Source: Bigelowiella natans CCMP2755 | Taxonomy: Eukaryota; Protista; Cercozoa | Length of the DNA: 53,808 nucleotides | Assembly: GCA_000320545.1 (NCBI GenBank) | Contig: ADNK01000973.1 | Coordinates: 1-53,808, forward strand | Reading direction: 5' to 3' | In this document: positions 39,459 through 51,987 of the stretch, piece after piece | How the letters are laid out: each line of letters starts with the position of its first letter | How positions within the stretch are numbered: the first letter of the stretch is position 1 | Program-made: the position numbers and the translations under genes | The notes under the pieces: model-generated | Databases searched by the model: none | Told to the model about the DNA's origin: nothing | What the model saw: only the letters and a program-made list of their open reading frames with translations

Positions 39459-40232
39459 GTGTGTGTCATTTTTACAGGCCGGGCAAGGCTCTGATATCCG
39501 GTCCACGCAACTGCAGTGAGTCGATGGAAATCCGTGAATTGTACGACGACTATGAGGATGTTGGGAAAGCGAGCGACGCCATTGTTTCTGCATTTAAGCA
39601 TGCATGGGGGGGGTACTCCAAGTTTTGCTACGGGCAAGACGAGCTAAGGCCAATGTCAAGGTAACCGCAACAGATACCTTGAAGAAAGGCTGGGGGTTTG
39701 TGTGTTAATGTGTCTGTGTGTGTGTGTGTGTGTGTGCTACACTAATGATGATGTTCTCATTCGTGGGTGCAGTAATGCCCATTGTCTCTCATCGTGACGA
39801 TGATGCTCTACCTACCTACCTACCTACGAACAGGGGCTGCATAAATGAATTCGGGATGGGACTAACACTGATTGACAGCCTGGATACGATCCACATCATG
39901 GGGCTGCACGATGAGTTCCAGAAAGCGCGAGATTGGGTAGTACTTTTACCGGGTTTGAACGAGGACGCAGCGGTGATCAGGGAATGATTCACTTCCATCA
40001 TTAGCGCTGTGTGCCGCTATCCTCTAGTCACGTAGTTTGAACAACTGAACAACTCTGTGTACATGAGGACGAAGACACACCAATCTCTATTCTGCCGCAG
40101 GTTCAAAACAGTTTGCACGTGAACGTAGCCAAGAGTGTGAGCGTGTTTGAAACGATAATACGCGTCCTAGGTAATTGTGTGTGATTCGGATTTTCCTCAT
40201 CGCTATCGTTGCCACTGCTGATGCTGCACACA

Positions 40233-40267
<35 letters not shown>

Positions 40268-40480
40268 GGGGGGGGGGGAGAGAGTCGCTTCAGAAGGCTT
40301 GATATAGTTTTAACGATCTAACCACCATCATCATACGAATTCAAAGGGGGATTGCTGTCGGCCTATGGCTTGAGTGAAGATAAAGTATTTCTTGACAAAG
40401 CGGTTGTGAGCCTACTCCTTAGAACTATCAGTGCGTAGTGTGCGCTACAAGCTTTACTGTACTCGCCCCCATCCCCCTCC

Positions 40481-40517
<37 letters not shown>

Positions 40518-41226
40518 CTAAGAATATATTGAAACGACAAGGATTCATGATCTCCCACTACTCTCTATATAAAACACGCAGGTCGCTCTCGCTGAGAGAT
40601 TAAGTCCTGCCCTCAAAGGAAACATGCCCAACAGTAAAGTGAACCTGGCAAACGGTGTCACCGGTCACCACGGGTGGGCTCCTAATGTCGCCATTATCGC
40701 TGAGGTAGTACTAGTCCCCCTCACGTGCGTTCCTGTATATTATTCATTTCACGGCGTATCATCACCATCATCATCATCGGCCAAGTGTAAGTCGTGTTTT
40801 GGTGGTTTGCAATGGACAACCCCCCTGCCCCTTTCCCTCCCGGGCTATGATTCACTGCACAGGTCGGGAGTCTTCAACTCGAAATGGCCTACTTATCCAA
40901 GATCTCGAATCAGCCGAAGGTTCCCATCCCCCCCCCCCCCCCCTTATAGAAATAAGCCAACATTTTTTCACGCGCAAGACCAGTTCGGCTTGGGATAGTG
41001 CCCTTAGGAGGGAGGAGGGTGGTGCAGGGTTGTGGTTCCGCGTCACTGTGATAGGAGATGTAGCGCGCGCGCACGCACTCTCTTTCGCCTGCCTCCCCCT
41101 TCGTTTTGAAAATGGACATTGAACATGGTTGGATGGTTCCATGCACTACTACTGCAACGGTTATCATCACATTAGTGGAACGAATATGGGGAACGTGTGA
41201 TAAAGTTTCTCGAAGGCCACAAGGTT

Positions 41227-41257
<31 letters not shown>

Positions 41258-42950
41258 AAGAAGAAGAACCGGTTCAATCGTCATCACGCAAAATCCAATC
41301 GGATGATATGTCGGGAGCTTCTTCCCAAACGACTCGTCTCTCTTCCTCTACTTCCTCACTGTTTGTATGTATAAATGTGTTGTAAGATGCATACCTCTAT
41401 TGTGACGACGACGGCACTCACAACTTTTCTCATTCCCCCCCTCCCCTTCTCGATCTGTCGATGCGCGCTGTGCCTGTGGTTGCTCTGTTGTCGTGACACG
41501 AATAGCCGCAGCATCCTGGGCTGTACCCAACAATGATAACCGCGAATGGAAAGGTGTGCTTGTCAATAGCAATCGAGTGTCCGCAACCCATTCCTGCATG
41601 CACACACAGCACAGCCTACCACGATAAAGTTGTCGGGGGCTCGCATCTTTATTCGAACGACAAACGATTGTAGGGAGAGGTGATCGTTTTGGGAAATGAT
41701 TTGTTTTGGGCATCGACTTGTACTTTCGGAGAATACATACGCACGCACGCCCACGCGCCAACGCACAAGCAAAACGATCTGAAAGCATGCTGCTTTTCTG
41801 AACATCAGTACACCCAAGCTCACGTATCCTTCGGCGCGCTGGGAGATAGTCTTTACGAATACCTTCTAAAGATGTGGATTCTCAAAGGAAAGCGCGACGA
41901 CGACATGTACCGTCGCATGTATCTGTCCTCCATCGATTCCATGACGAAGAAACTGCTCACCAAGAGCACCGAGGGCCTGTGGTACATCGCTGAGATGCGC
42001 GGCAACAACCTGGACCACAAGATGGACCATCTCACCTGTTTCGCTCCCGGTTCGTTGCTTGTGGTGCAAGCAGCAAAAATTGTCAATGAATGTATATATT
42101 TATTTATTTATTTATGTGTGTGTGTGTGTGCATATATGTAAGGGGGGGGGGGGGGGGGATTGAGGTTACATAACTAATGTATGATAGAGGTATCCGCGTC
42201 GGCTCCTATGCTTGACCTAGACGCCGATGCACACTCACCCTTTCTCCCCCCGCCCTCCCACGTCCATGATCGATCGTCAGGAATGCTGGCACTTGGTTAC
42301 CACCACAGAGTCTCTAAGGATCAAAGTGTTAACGAAAGGCACCTTCAAGCAGCCAAGGATGTGTTAGAGACGTGCGTACAAATGTACATTCGCTGGCCGA
42401 TATCACCCGAGATGGTAAGCGCCTTGCCTTGTACCATTGTACACTCACTCACTGCGAAAATTAACCTTGTATAATGCATTGATGTGGTCGTTGCCGTTTG
42501 TATTCCAGGTACGATTCACCCCCTACATGACGATGGGGACGGCAACAAATTTCCAGAGGCCAGAAACTGTGGAAAGCCTTTTCGTGTTGTGGCAGGTGAC
42601 AAAAGACGAGAAGTGGCGGAAGTACGCATGGACGATTTTCCAGAAGTTTGAGCGTCATCTACGGGTCCCGAATGGGTAATATTAGTAATCGTCGTGTATA
42701 GAAGCCAGATGTCAGTATATGGGATGCAAATCTCGAAGCGCACTTTTTGGTGACTCTCTTTCAATATATGCTCTCAAGGTACGCAAGTTTGAACCACGTC
42801 GCAGACACGAACTCCAAGTCGGACAAGATGGAAAGTTTCCTTCTCGCCGAAACTTTCAAATACCTTTACCTCTTGTTTCAAGATGATCCAGCGATAACAG
42901 TTGACACCTATGTGTTCAACACAGAGGCTCACCCACTCCCACTCAAATGA
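38195..42950 (+). CDS. Class I alpha-1,2-mannosidase (GH47) with N-terminal membrane anchor and PAN/Apple domain; start uncertain
   Basis: [41 protein letters not shown]|[63 protein letters not shown] and [10 protein letters not shown]. Confidence 0.93.
39154..39222. repeat. Compound intronic microsatellite (TA)n(TG)n
   Basis: Seen directly in a mannosidase intron. Confidence 0.95.
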
Positions 42951-43098
42951 AATGTATGTTGATGATCGCAGCATCTCTGAATGACCGAAGTATTGTCTTT
43001 GTTCCTAACAATTTCACCACTCGTAGCCCCAATTTTGAATGCATTAAATAGTGATCGTCGCTTTGCGTATGTATGTGCAGCGCTGCGAGCTAAGCAGA

Positions 43099-43182
43099 AA
43101 GACGGATGTAATTAATCAATCAAATTTGTTCAATGGTCATCCTTAAGTAGCTATGCAATGCTAGAATGCAGCGGCTACAGCG
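43099..43182 (+). repeat. AGACGGATG dispersed repeat, copy C
   Basis: aagacggatgtaattaatcaatcaaatttgttcaatggtcatccttaagtagctatgcaatgctagaatgcagcggctacagcg. Confidence 0.9.
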
Positions 43183-43467
43183 AAGCGGGGGCAGTACGTA
43201 TCTTGCACAAAAGACAAAATGCATAGACTTTACTTACACTCGAAGTTCATAAATCAGGCACACGCGTCGTAGCATGCTTGATCCATGGACCGCAAGAACA
43301 GTATTTTCTAATTTTTGCTGTTCGTACACCTGAAGAGTGGTCGCAATAAAGTATTGTGCACAGCGCACGTGCGATATATGCCGCACTGATTGAGCTTGCG
43401 AATGGCCTGTATGCATGTGCTAGCAGCATGCTACATGCTATATTTGAATAGATCGACATAGCACTAC

Positions 43468-43543
43468 CGCTGTAGCCGCTGCTTTGCATAGCTACATCAG
43501 GATGACCATTGAAAAGATTTAATCACTTCATTACACCCGTCTC
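43468..43543 (-). repeat. AGACGGATG dispersed repeat, copy D
   Basis: Reverse complement gagacgggtgtaatgaagtgattaaatcttttcaatggtcatcctgatgtagctatgcaaagcagcggctacagcg. Confidence 0.9.
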
Positions 43544-43797
43544 ATATTTATGATAACTAGAGCGAAAGAAATGGCTCTCATCGATAGAGCTATTCTTAAT
43601 CACAGCCATCTAATAATCACGCTACACGGTGACATTACAACCGACGAGTATTGACTAGCTAGACTCATACAATTGCACTCTTCCCATCATCTCGAATCTT
43701 CACTTAAAAAATCCATGGTAGGATGATATGTGCATGTCGAGTGACGACGACCGCTCATGTGATGACCGAAACCGATGGTGCTCCGTAATTATGCTTC

Positions 43798-45533
43798 CTA
43801 ATTCACATGATTCATTGCATGGTACTGGGGAGGCATCTGCGGATGCACAGCAGGGGACATGTAATGTGGGGGTTGGTTCGCTTGTCCGAGATGTGGCATT
43901 TGATATGGAGGGTACGCGTGGACTCCATTCATATACCGATATTGGCGTCTGAATCATGAGATAAGGTTTACAACATGGACTATCACAACTAAGATAAGGT
44001 GATCTAGAGAATACCCTGCTCCTTGTATGTGGTATGCATTACGCCTTCCTCTCCCCCCACGGCCGCGTCCCCTGTGATACAACAGATATGTTCATTAGTT
44101 ATCAGATGCATGTTTTTGGCGAGTGCAAATGTGTTGCAACCTTCTACCCCGGCCACCGCTATGCTTCTTGCCTCTACCACTCGTGACATCCCTACTGACA
44201 GCCTCTTTGGTTTTTATTTGGTTTGGGTTGACTCTAACAGGAATTTCATGCACAGCCGTCTTCGAAAATTCAAGCTTGGAATCTATGGCTGCGTGCGGTT
44301 TCCTTCTTGCTTGTGGGAAGTTCATGCTTTTACTGGATGGGGCTAAGTTTTCGATATCATCCTCTCCGCTTGGGTGAATCTGACTGGGAACCATAAAATC
44401 TCTAGCCTCATATCTCATCGCAACTTGATCATCTGTGGAGTCTTGGCGTTCGGCAACCTCTGTTTCGTCGGGTGTTTTCTCCGGAATGCCCTTAAGCAAC
44501 GTTACTATTTCTGCTAAACGCCCATACGCAATCCCTTCAGGAGTTCTGTCTGCAGATTTTTCTACTAGGGCCTTTACTTGTTCAAGCGCAGTCTGTGATC
44601 CAGGGTTTCCAACTGACTCTGCCACCTCAATCATGGCTGACAACTCTTCTACTGTGACCTTTCCTTCCAGAATAATCGGCACTTCTGCCTTGTTCCCACT
44701 GTGTACTTTATAGCTTTTCAGGCACCTGTGCGCCGCTAAAACATCGAGGACAGTGGATAAATGCTGGTCAAAAGCATTGTTCATAGTGTTGGCTTGGATT
44801 TCCTTATGAGCTACGCTTAAGCTGCTCTTGGTCGTTTTTGCATCGTCTTCCGTAGAAGTTTCGGCATTACTTGTTTCCTCGGCAGGTTTTGCTTCCTCAG
44901 CCTTTTTTGTTTCCTCGGCCTTTGCACTTTCTATTTTCTTCTCTAGTTTTTCAGCTAAGGCATGGTTCGTGAGCATTCCATGCAATTTCTCCAGCTCAAG
45001 CAGCACTGTCTGCACTGTGCTCTTTGACGCTAGAGCGGCTTGCTGATCACAGTTGATCGGGAGACCATCAGCTACCGCCTTCTCGACCCTTTCAATTCGA
45101 TCCATACGTTTTCGTACAGCTCGCAGACGTTTATGAGTCAAAACCAGGTACTCGTTTTCTTTTTGGACAGCTTGAACTTCCTCTGGACTAAGGACGATTT
45201 TCTTCGTTTTTGTATCGCCGCTCTCCTGTTCCTTCTCATTCTTAGTCGGCTCGACTTGAACTACGAATACACTCTTATCATGATTATTCAATTATTCGAA
45301 AAGCAAAGCTGACCTTTCTTCTTCTTTCGGCGCCTTCTCCTCTTTACCTTCTCTGCCTCAACCTGGAAGAAAGTGTAATGAGCCTTGATAATAAAGGTAA
45401 ATGCATAAAATACAACCTTCCCATCCTTCGCTGCTGACTTAGTAGCCTTCGCGCTAGTGTGACCATTAACTGCGGATTTTGGATTTCCCGCGGTCGTGTT
45501 ATCCAGGTCGGAAGGCTTCGTCGATTCGGGCAT
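43798..45533 (-). CDS. Caprin-like / glycine-rich RNA-binding protein with RGG box and P/Q/Y/H-rich tail
   Basis: KRLRAVRKRMDRIERVEKAVADGLPINCDQQAALASKSTVQTVLLELEKL is a caprin HR1-like helical motif. Spliced C-terminus GGRGRR|GRGRGGRGRR...|RQYRYMNGVHAYPPYQMPH...QYHAMNHVN*. Confidence 0.7.
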
Positions 45534-46102
45534 ATTGGTGTGCGGGGGGCGTGAGACGCGAGATCAAAGTCCGTCGTTTCCGAGTCTCGATCGAATCTCG
45601 GAGACTCAACAGCTCTCTCAAAAATTTCCAGTCCCGGGTTTTCGGGGTTTCTCCTAACCGTTAGATAATGCTCGAAACAACAAGTCGCAGGGGTCTGCAA
45701 GCCCTGGATTTTGGCGCTAATTGCCTGAAGAAATTTATTCCCCCAACCGACGACAGGAAAAGTGTTGTGGACTCTTCCCATCGATCATTTTAACCGGACT
45801 CGCGTTGGAGGCGTGTCAAGGAAGCTAGTCTAAGTAAATTTCATGACCAATGGAATCTGCACACTGCGGCAGTTTCACGTGTCGGCGTAAAGTCGAGGAA
45901 GTCAGGTTCGAGCCGACGAACACAATGACTAAACAAAACTCTCCTTGCAGAAATGTAACTGAATGGCATTTCGTAGGCTTTTTTCCATCTGGCCGAGTCA
46001 ACGTGCAGAAAATAAACGGAAACGTCAGTTTCAACGCATATTGATTTACATCTATGATTTACAAGGGCTGAATGAAAATAATCAAAACTCAGGAACATAG
46101 AA

Positions 46103-48164
46103 ATGGCATCCTCCTCATCTTCGAATCGACCGCGAAAAAAGTATGGAAGGAGACCATCACGAAGTGTCGGAGCCACAAGAAATGTATTGAAATTTCGCTA
46201 TGAAGAATACAGTCCACCTCTAATCGTTCATATTTCTTAGAAAACAAGGATAGAACGGATCCTATCGGAGCAGAAAGACTTAATCCCTGAATATAAGGTA
46301 TCCTAATCATATTCACAGATTTTCTGTAGTTTCTAACCGAAGGGTTTGTAAACAGGAGAAATGCACCAAAGCAGGCACAGCAAATATGAAGTTAAGTAAA
46401 ATGCAACTTATATCGAGCATAGTGGATTGTGTGGGCAAAAATAAGGGTCTACCTACATTCTTTGGAAACTCGGCACTTAAAAAGGAAGCATCATCAAAAA
46501 GAGAGCTATCCTATAGACAAAATAAAGCACATCCTCGTGGACCTAGTCGTCGCCCCAAAAGTGAAGAAACTCCTCAGAGAGGGAAGTTCAATAAAAGGAG
46601 CATAGCATCTTCAGGTGCTAAGACCAAAGAGAAAAAGGCGAGCAATGATGAGTGGTTACGATCGAGTAGCAAGCTTAATGTAAAACTTTCGAGAACAGAA
46701 AAAACAAAGGCATCTCACAAAAATTCATCTAGAAAACGATCAAGCAGAACTGAAATTCGGACAAAGAAAATACCAGATCCGCCCAAGGATGGTATAATAT
46801 CAATAAACAGCGAAGAGAGCACTGGCGGGTCAGATCAGAGGGAAGATATTACTCTCGAAGAAACACTAGCGAGAGATATTGGAATTTCTGAAATTGAGAA
46901 GCTTCAAGAACAGAGAAGGAAAGAACTTCGCGAATATTTAACGTCGCTGGAGCGTGGAGAGGGCAATGATTTGCAGAGCTTGAATACTGGTAATGCTTTG
47001 GCGCCTACTGAGGCTGAGAAGAAGAAAATTCAAACTGTCAGCACCAAGAACGCCAACAAAAAGAGCTCACGAACGGGACAAAGAGATACCGACACATCAA
47101 AAACTTTGGTCAATGAAAAAGCTAATTCAAAGCCATTGAACGTAGCAAAGCTTCTAAAGAGAATTGAAGAAAAGATTGCACAAACTTATCCGAAGTACGA
47201 GGGGGTCGTCAGCCTTAAGGATGGTTTTACATACCAGAAAATGACCCCAATAGAGGATTTTGGAACTAGAATAGATTCTCTCTTATCTCAGATAGGAAAT
47301 CCTGAGTCCCTAGGAGGCTCTGGGATGGGATTCATCCCAGAAAATTCAGATATGGAAAACATGGATAGAATAGATGTGCAGCTCAAGCAGCTTCAAGCGT
47401 TGAAATCTAATAGCAGGCCACTTGAGATAAGCGAGAGAGCACAACAATTGATAAAAAAATTAAAAGCATCACAAAAATCTGGAAAAGACGATGGATCATT
47501 GCTCCTAGGGACAGATCGATCTGCTTTGGGTACCTTAAAAAAGGGAATGTTGAAGGTGCAATCCCAAGAGGTTTCACTTGACCCCTCTGTTGTCCAAAAC
47601 CTCGTTGCTGAAAGTAGAAGAGAGCTCGGAAGTGTTTTCTTAACGCAAAGTAGTGGAAGTTCCCAAAATGTGTTGAAGAGAAATACACAGAGTGAAAAGC
47701 AGAGTTCTATGGATGACTCCGACGGTAAAAGTGAGATAGATCCTGAAGTTGAAGTCTTGGTTGATGGATACAATAATTTGAAGCAAGCTCTTCAAAAGGG
47801 GAAGAATTTAGAGGATTACTACCCAGACGTAGATTTAACAAAGAGGCGCATGGATGACAGCCTCGTGCATTTAAATGAAGCCATGCACATCTTGAAGGAT
47901 TCCAAAACGGTCAAGAACGCAGTGTTACAAGCGCATGCTCCTGAGAGCCATCAGCAACCACTTGCATCTTCCAAATCGCTTCCGCCTTTGCGAGCATCAT
48001 CAAGGCAAATGACAAATATACAAACTCCGCGGTCAATACAAAAACAAGGAAAACTGCATGGGGTCGATGTCTCTGCACAGAGTTTAGTTGCAAAAATGCA
48101 CAATCTCATGGGGAACATGGAGAAGAAGATGCAGAATTTAGAGGGCGAGAGATACGATATCTAG
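46103..48164 (+). CDS. Hypothetical K/S/E-rich coiled-coil protein
   Basis: 592-codon open terminal exon (46386-48164), preceded by probable exons MASSSSSNRPRKKYG... and KTRIERILSEQKDLIPEYK with GT-AG introns. Confidence 0.75.
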
Positions 48165-48327
48165 TTCTTAAACTTGATGAAGAGATGTTGCAGTACTTAC
48201 CTAGCTAGCTAGTTACATGTCACACAGCGGCCACAATGCCTCTGTTACATGTCAAAGCAGTTGTCTGAATGTGCGAACGCAGGAACACAGCTTTCCTAGT
48301 TTTGCTACCGGTTCTTAGCTAATGTAT

Positions 48328-48403
48328 AAGACGGATGTAATGAAATGTTTAATTTTTTCCAGGGGTCATCCTAATGTAGCTATGCAAAGCAGCGGCTACA
48401 GCG
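48328..48403 (+). repeat. AGACGGATG dispersed repeat, copy E
   Basis: aagacggatgtaatgaaatgtttaattttttccaggggtcatcctaatgtagctatgcaaagcagcggctacagcg. Confidence 0.9.
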
Positions 48404-49024
48404 CTTAAGTTGTGTCTGTTTGCTAATGTATATGTACATATTATATTGATATAACGTCACTGTGCGCACATGCGCTGCGATACACGGCGCACCCGCCTTC
48501 TACGCAGCACCTACCTAGCTGGCAATGAGTTCAATAAAGCTGTACGTATATATACGCACAATGCTGACTCATGCGATAATCGTAGTAAGCCGCGATGCAT
48601 CACGCACACGCACACTCTTGCATGCTTACGCGAGGCAAATGAGCAGAGCCTGATGATGCTGACTTTTGTATGACGCGCACGTGATGCTCCATAGCTATCT
48701 GATAATCCAGCAAGTTTAAGATAATTTCCTACAAGAGGATCATCAAGAACTCATAGCACGTTGCCGTGACCTCCTTTATTAAGTCGTCAGTGCACTAGAT
48801 TGCTCTGCTAAACAACCGCATGCAACGACGGACTTGCTTGCTGTTGTGTGGATCGAAATGGTGAAAGATAAAGATATACATGAGTGATGATGCAAATATG
48901 ACGGGCACTAGCACTTGTTATTCATTGCAAACGTACTGGAAGCAAAAAGATGCAGTCGAGATCTGCTACACAGCGTGTTAACAGTGATGACAACAAATCC
49001 AGAAATATCACATTACAAATTTAT

Positions 49025-51456
49025 TCAGCGTTTAGATTTGCCATCGTAGGGCTTGGCTGTTTTGTTGAGGACCTCTAATGTCATAGCTTGTCGTTTCACT
49101 GTGTTTTTGAGAAATTCAATTTCTTTCACATGCATCTTTTGGACCTCCTGAAACTTTACATCCTGACTGGCATTTTCATTCTTTTTAAAAAAATATAATA
49201 CAGCTACAACAAGACACGAGAATGCGTAAGGGCCTGCCCAAAAGAAGAAACTAATATTCACTTCTTGCAAAAAGTTCAATATAGTCTCGTATGGCGTATT
49301 CTCCGCGAAAATACCATCGGTGTTGTTGCTTTTAGTTTGGCAGTCCCAGTTGGATACCATGAACCAGTAGTATACAGCTGTAGTACTGACTACCGAGAGA
49401 AGTAAGAAACTTACATAGGCCATTCCTAAACTTTTGGTCGCTCGTGGTGCACTGCGAAGATGTGTGAGAGTGAGCTTTTCGAATTTGAAGTTAAGATAGA
49501 GGAATAAAGTGCTGAGTACTCCACCAAACGGAAATAAGGGTATTGAAATCCAGATGAGTGATTGGAAATAAATGAGATCCACCACGCCCTCAGAGGCTCG
49601 AAACTCCTCATGTACCCACCAATCGGCTAAACAGCTGCAGCACTCACAACTGTCAGAACGCATGCACTCGATAATATAATAGGTAATGAGTGCGGAGGCC
49701 TTCGTGGAGAAGAACTCGATGACAGCTGCTGTGCAAAGAGCGGCGCCGACCTCATCTTCCTGGCACACGTAGGTGTTCTCATCATATGAATAACCACTTT
49801 GAATGGAATTAAAGCTAACTGCAACTAGCGCCAGGACGAAAGTCTGCTTTCCAGCGAATAGTCTCCACATTTGGTGCTGTAGCAACACCCCCGTGTCATC
49901 ATGCTTTTCAAATTCTGTGATCGCTATCGTAGCGTAAGGAAACACCGCCTTCACAAAAGAAAGAACTAAGGGGGGAACAAACTCTCCCCACTGCTTCCCG
50001 ACTCTCGACGTTATTGAAGTTTTGTAAAAGTTGACGCCAATGACGATAAGTGAAGATATTACAATTATTAGGAAGTTGAGGGATATTCCAACGAACTTCC
50101 TCAGAGAGAGACACAGTTTTTCGAAGGAACTTCTACTCGCTATGCTCTCTGACAATTTATCCTCTTGAATCAATTCGTTCAGGTACCGTGATGTTACAAG
50201 TGTCGAATTATTTACTTCAGTCTGATTTACAGATCTATAATCCCATATATTCAGAGCCACTACTGAATATCGACTCTTAATTTTTGAGTCGCTCTCCAGT
50301 AGTACTTTTCGGTGCTGTGAGACCAGAATCCACAGCGACGTCAGCATGAGATAAATTGCCGTAAGCATCACAGAGGAAGAATAAATGGTACTGGGAACGA
50401 TTAACGATGAATAATAAAACCAGATTGGGTACAGCCCTTGCCACTTAGAAAAATCACTCCCACTGGTCGATATCCCAAATGAGATCACTTGTAATAAGAA
50501 TACCGTCAGCCATCCCAGTACCAAGCATATGGTGCTCAGGTACATATACCTATAGAACTCAAAGTACCCTGCCATTCCAGATCCGAATCGTATCTGAATA
50601 ACTTCCAGGTCTTTCTTGAAAGGCAATAGGAACTGGACAATGTCCAACACTCTACTCTGAAACCGCCGGCAGCATCCCCCGCCTCCACTTTCAGTATCCA
50701 TATCTTCGTAGGTCTTGGTACATAAACACACAATATTGCAACAAGTGGCGTTTGCTCTTAGAACAGCAAAATAATAAACGTTGTGACATCTTCGCGCGTT
50801 GCGCTACTACACATTTACCTCTTCAACATGATCGATGTTGCCGACATCTTCCACAAGCTCCTGCCGCATTCTGTCTCGTTCAATATTTCTTCGATCTTCG
50901 AATGTTTTCCGTGCTAGCTGCTTTTGTTTCAATTCAAATACTATTTCTGCATTGGCTTTGCCCGATGTTGCCATCGCCTTTCGAAGTCGGTCATTCTCAT
51001 CATACAACTCTTTTCTATCAGACGTCATATCTTCGATCCTCTTCTTATATCGATCAATTTTCTTGTGCATTTTGGTTTCGAGCGCATCCACTTTTACCTA
51101 CATATATCATGTAGGTATGTGTAATAATATAAGGGAGATCATGCTGAAGGCTGAATTTCTGTTGCTACAGGAGTATTCACCTGCATCTCCTTCATCCGTT
51201 CTTCCATGAGCTTCCTGTACCTCTGTTCCTTCGCGTGGTCGTCGAGAAAGGCGTTTGCGATCTGCCCGGAACCTAAAGTTGGGGCGTCCAGATTTGGGTT
51301 GAGAGGGATGGTCTCGGCTTCTATGCTTGAAGCCTTCATCGCAGCGTCCGGATAGCCTGAAAGCCCATTGCCAGTGCCACTGGCCTTCGGGTGGGATCTT
51401 GACCCCTTTCCCGTAATTTTGTATTTCGACCTAGGATCTTGATCTGGTTGCGGCAT
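49025..51456 (-). CDS. TMC: Transmembrane channel-like (TMC family) protein, ~3 exons
   Basis: IQIRFGSGMAGYFEFYRY (TMC IESxFGSSVASYF), ITEFEKH, CQEDEVGAAL (TMC CWETxVGQE) and EFRASEGVVDLIYFQSLIWISIPLFP (TMC EFDIxxNVLxLIYxQ). Multiple transmembrane helices. Confidence 0.88.
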
Positions 51457-51987
51457 GTGTCGTCGTCGTCGTCATCATTACTATGTGCTTTTTCGACTGC
51501 TCCTCCCCCTCCATACCGATCCTGCGTTCGTCGTTACGAGATGAAGGAGACGGGTACAGAAGTAAGATGTTATTCTTCGAAATTCCCCCGATATTCAATT
51601 TCCTAATCCCGGGATTAGAATGAGTCCACAGCATCATCCATGAAATATGGAGCTTAGATCTCGTAGATCTACCATCAGATTTCGAATTTTGGTTGTGTTT
51701 TTGATGAAGCCTGTTGTTCTCTATGTGTGCGTTTGTAGGTGATTTATTAGGTGCGACAAGGAAAATACCCCCCGAAAGGACCCACATTTCTGGCCCAACC
51801 TCCAGTTCTCAAATAGGACAGGAAGAGGAAGGAGAGGGGGCGACGTCCGACACTCCTCCTGGATCAAGGCAGCTCGCTAGTAGCCGCGCTTTTTACGAAG
51901 TGCTTCTCCCCCTCCACCTATTATAATCGTGTGGTCACTCTCCACAGCAGGAATTAATACAACGCCAAAGAGGCGCCGAAACCGGTG

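Noticed and set aside
393-42950. Functional cluster of endomembrane genes (PPP1R21, TM9SF, MTMR14, TRAPPC11, GH47)
   Set aside because: They are interspersed with unrelated genes, belong to a broad category, and show no shared pathway evidence. Probably chance.
43099-43543. Definitive MITE call for the C/D and A/B inverted pairs
   Set aside because: There is no convincing TSD, the interiors are unrelated, and solo and tandem copies exist. Kept only as an alternative hypothesis.
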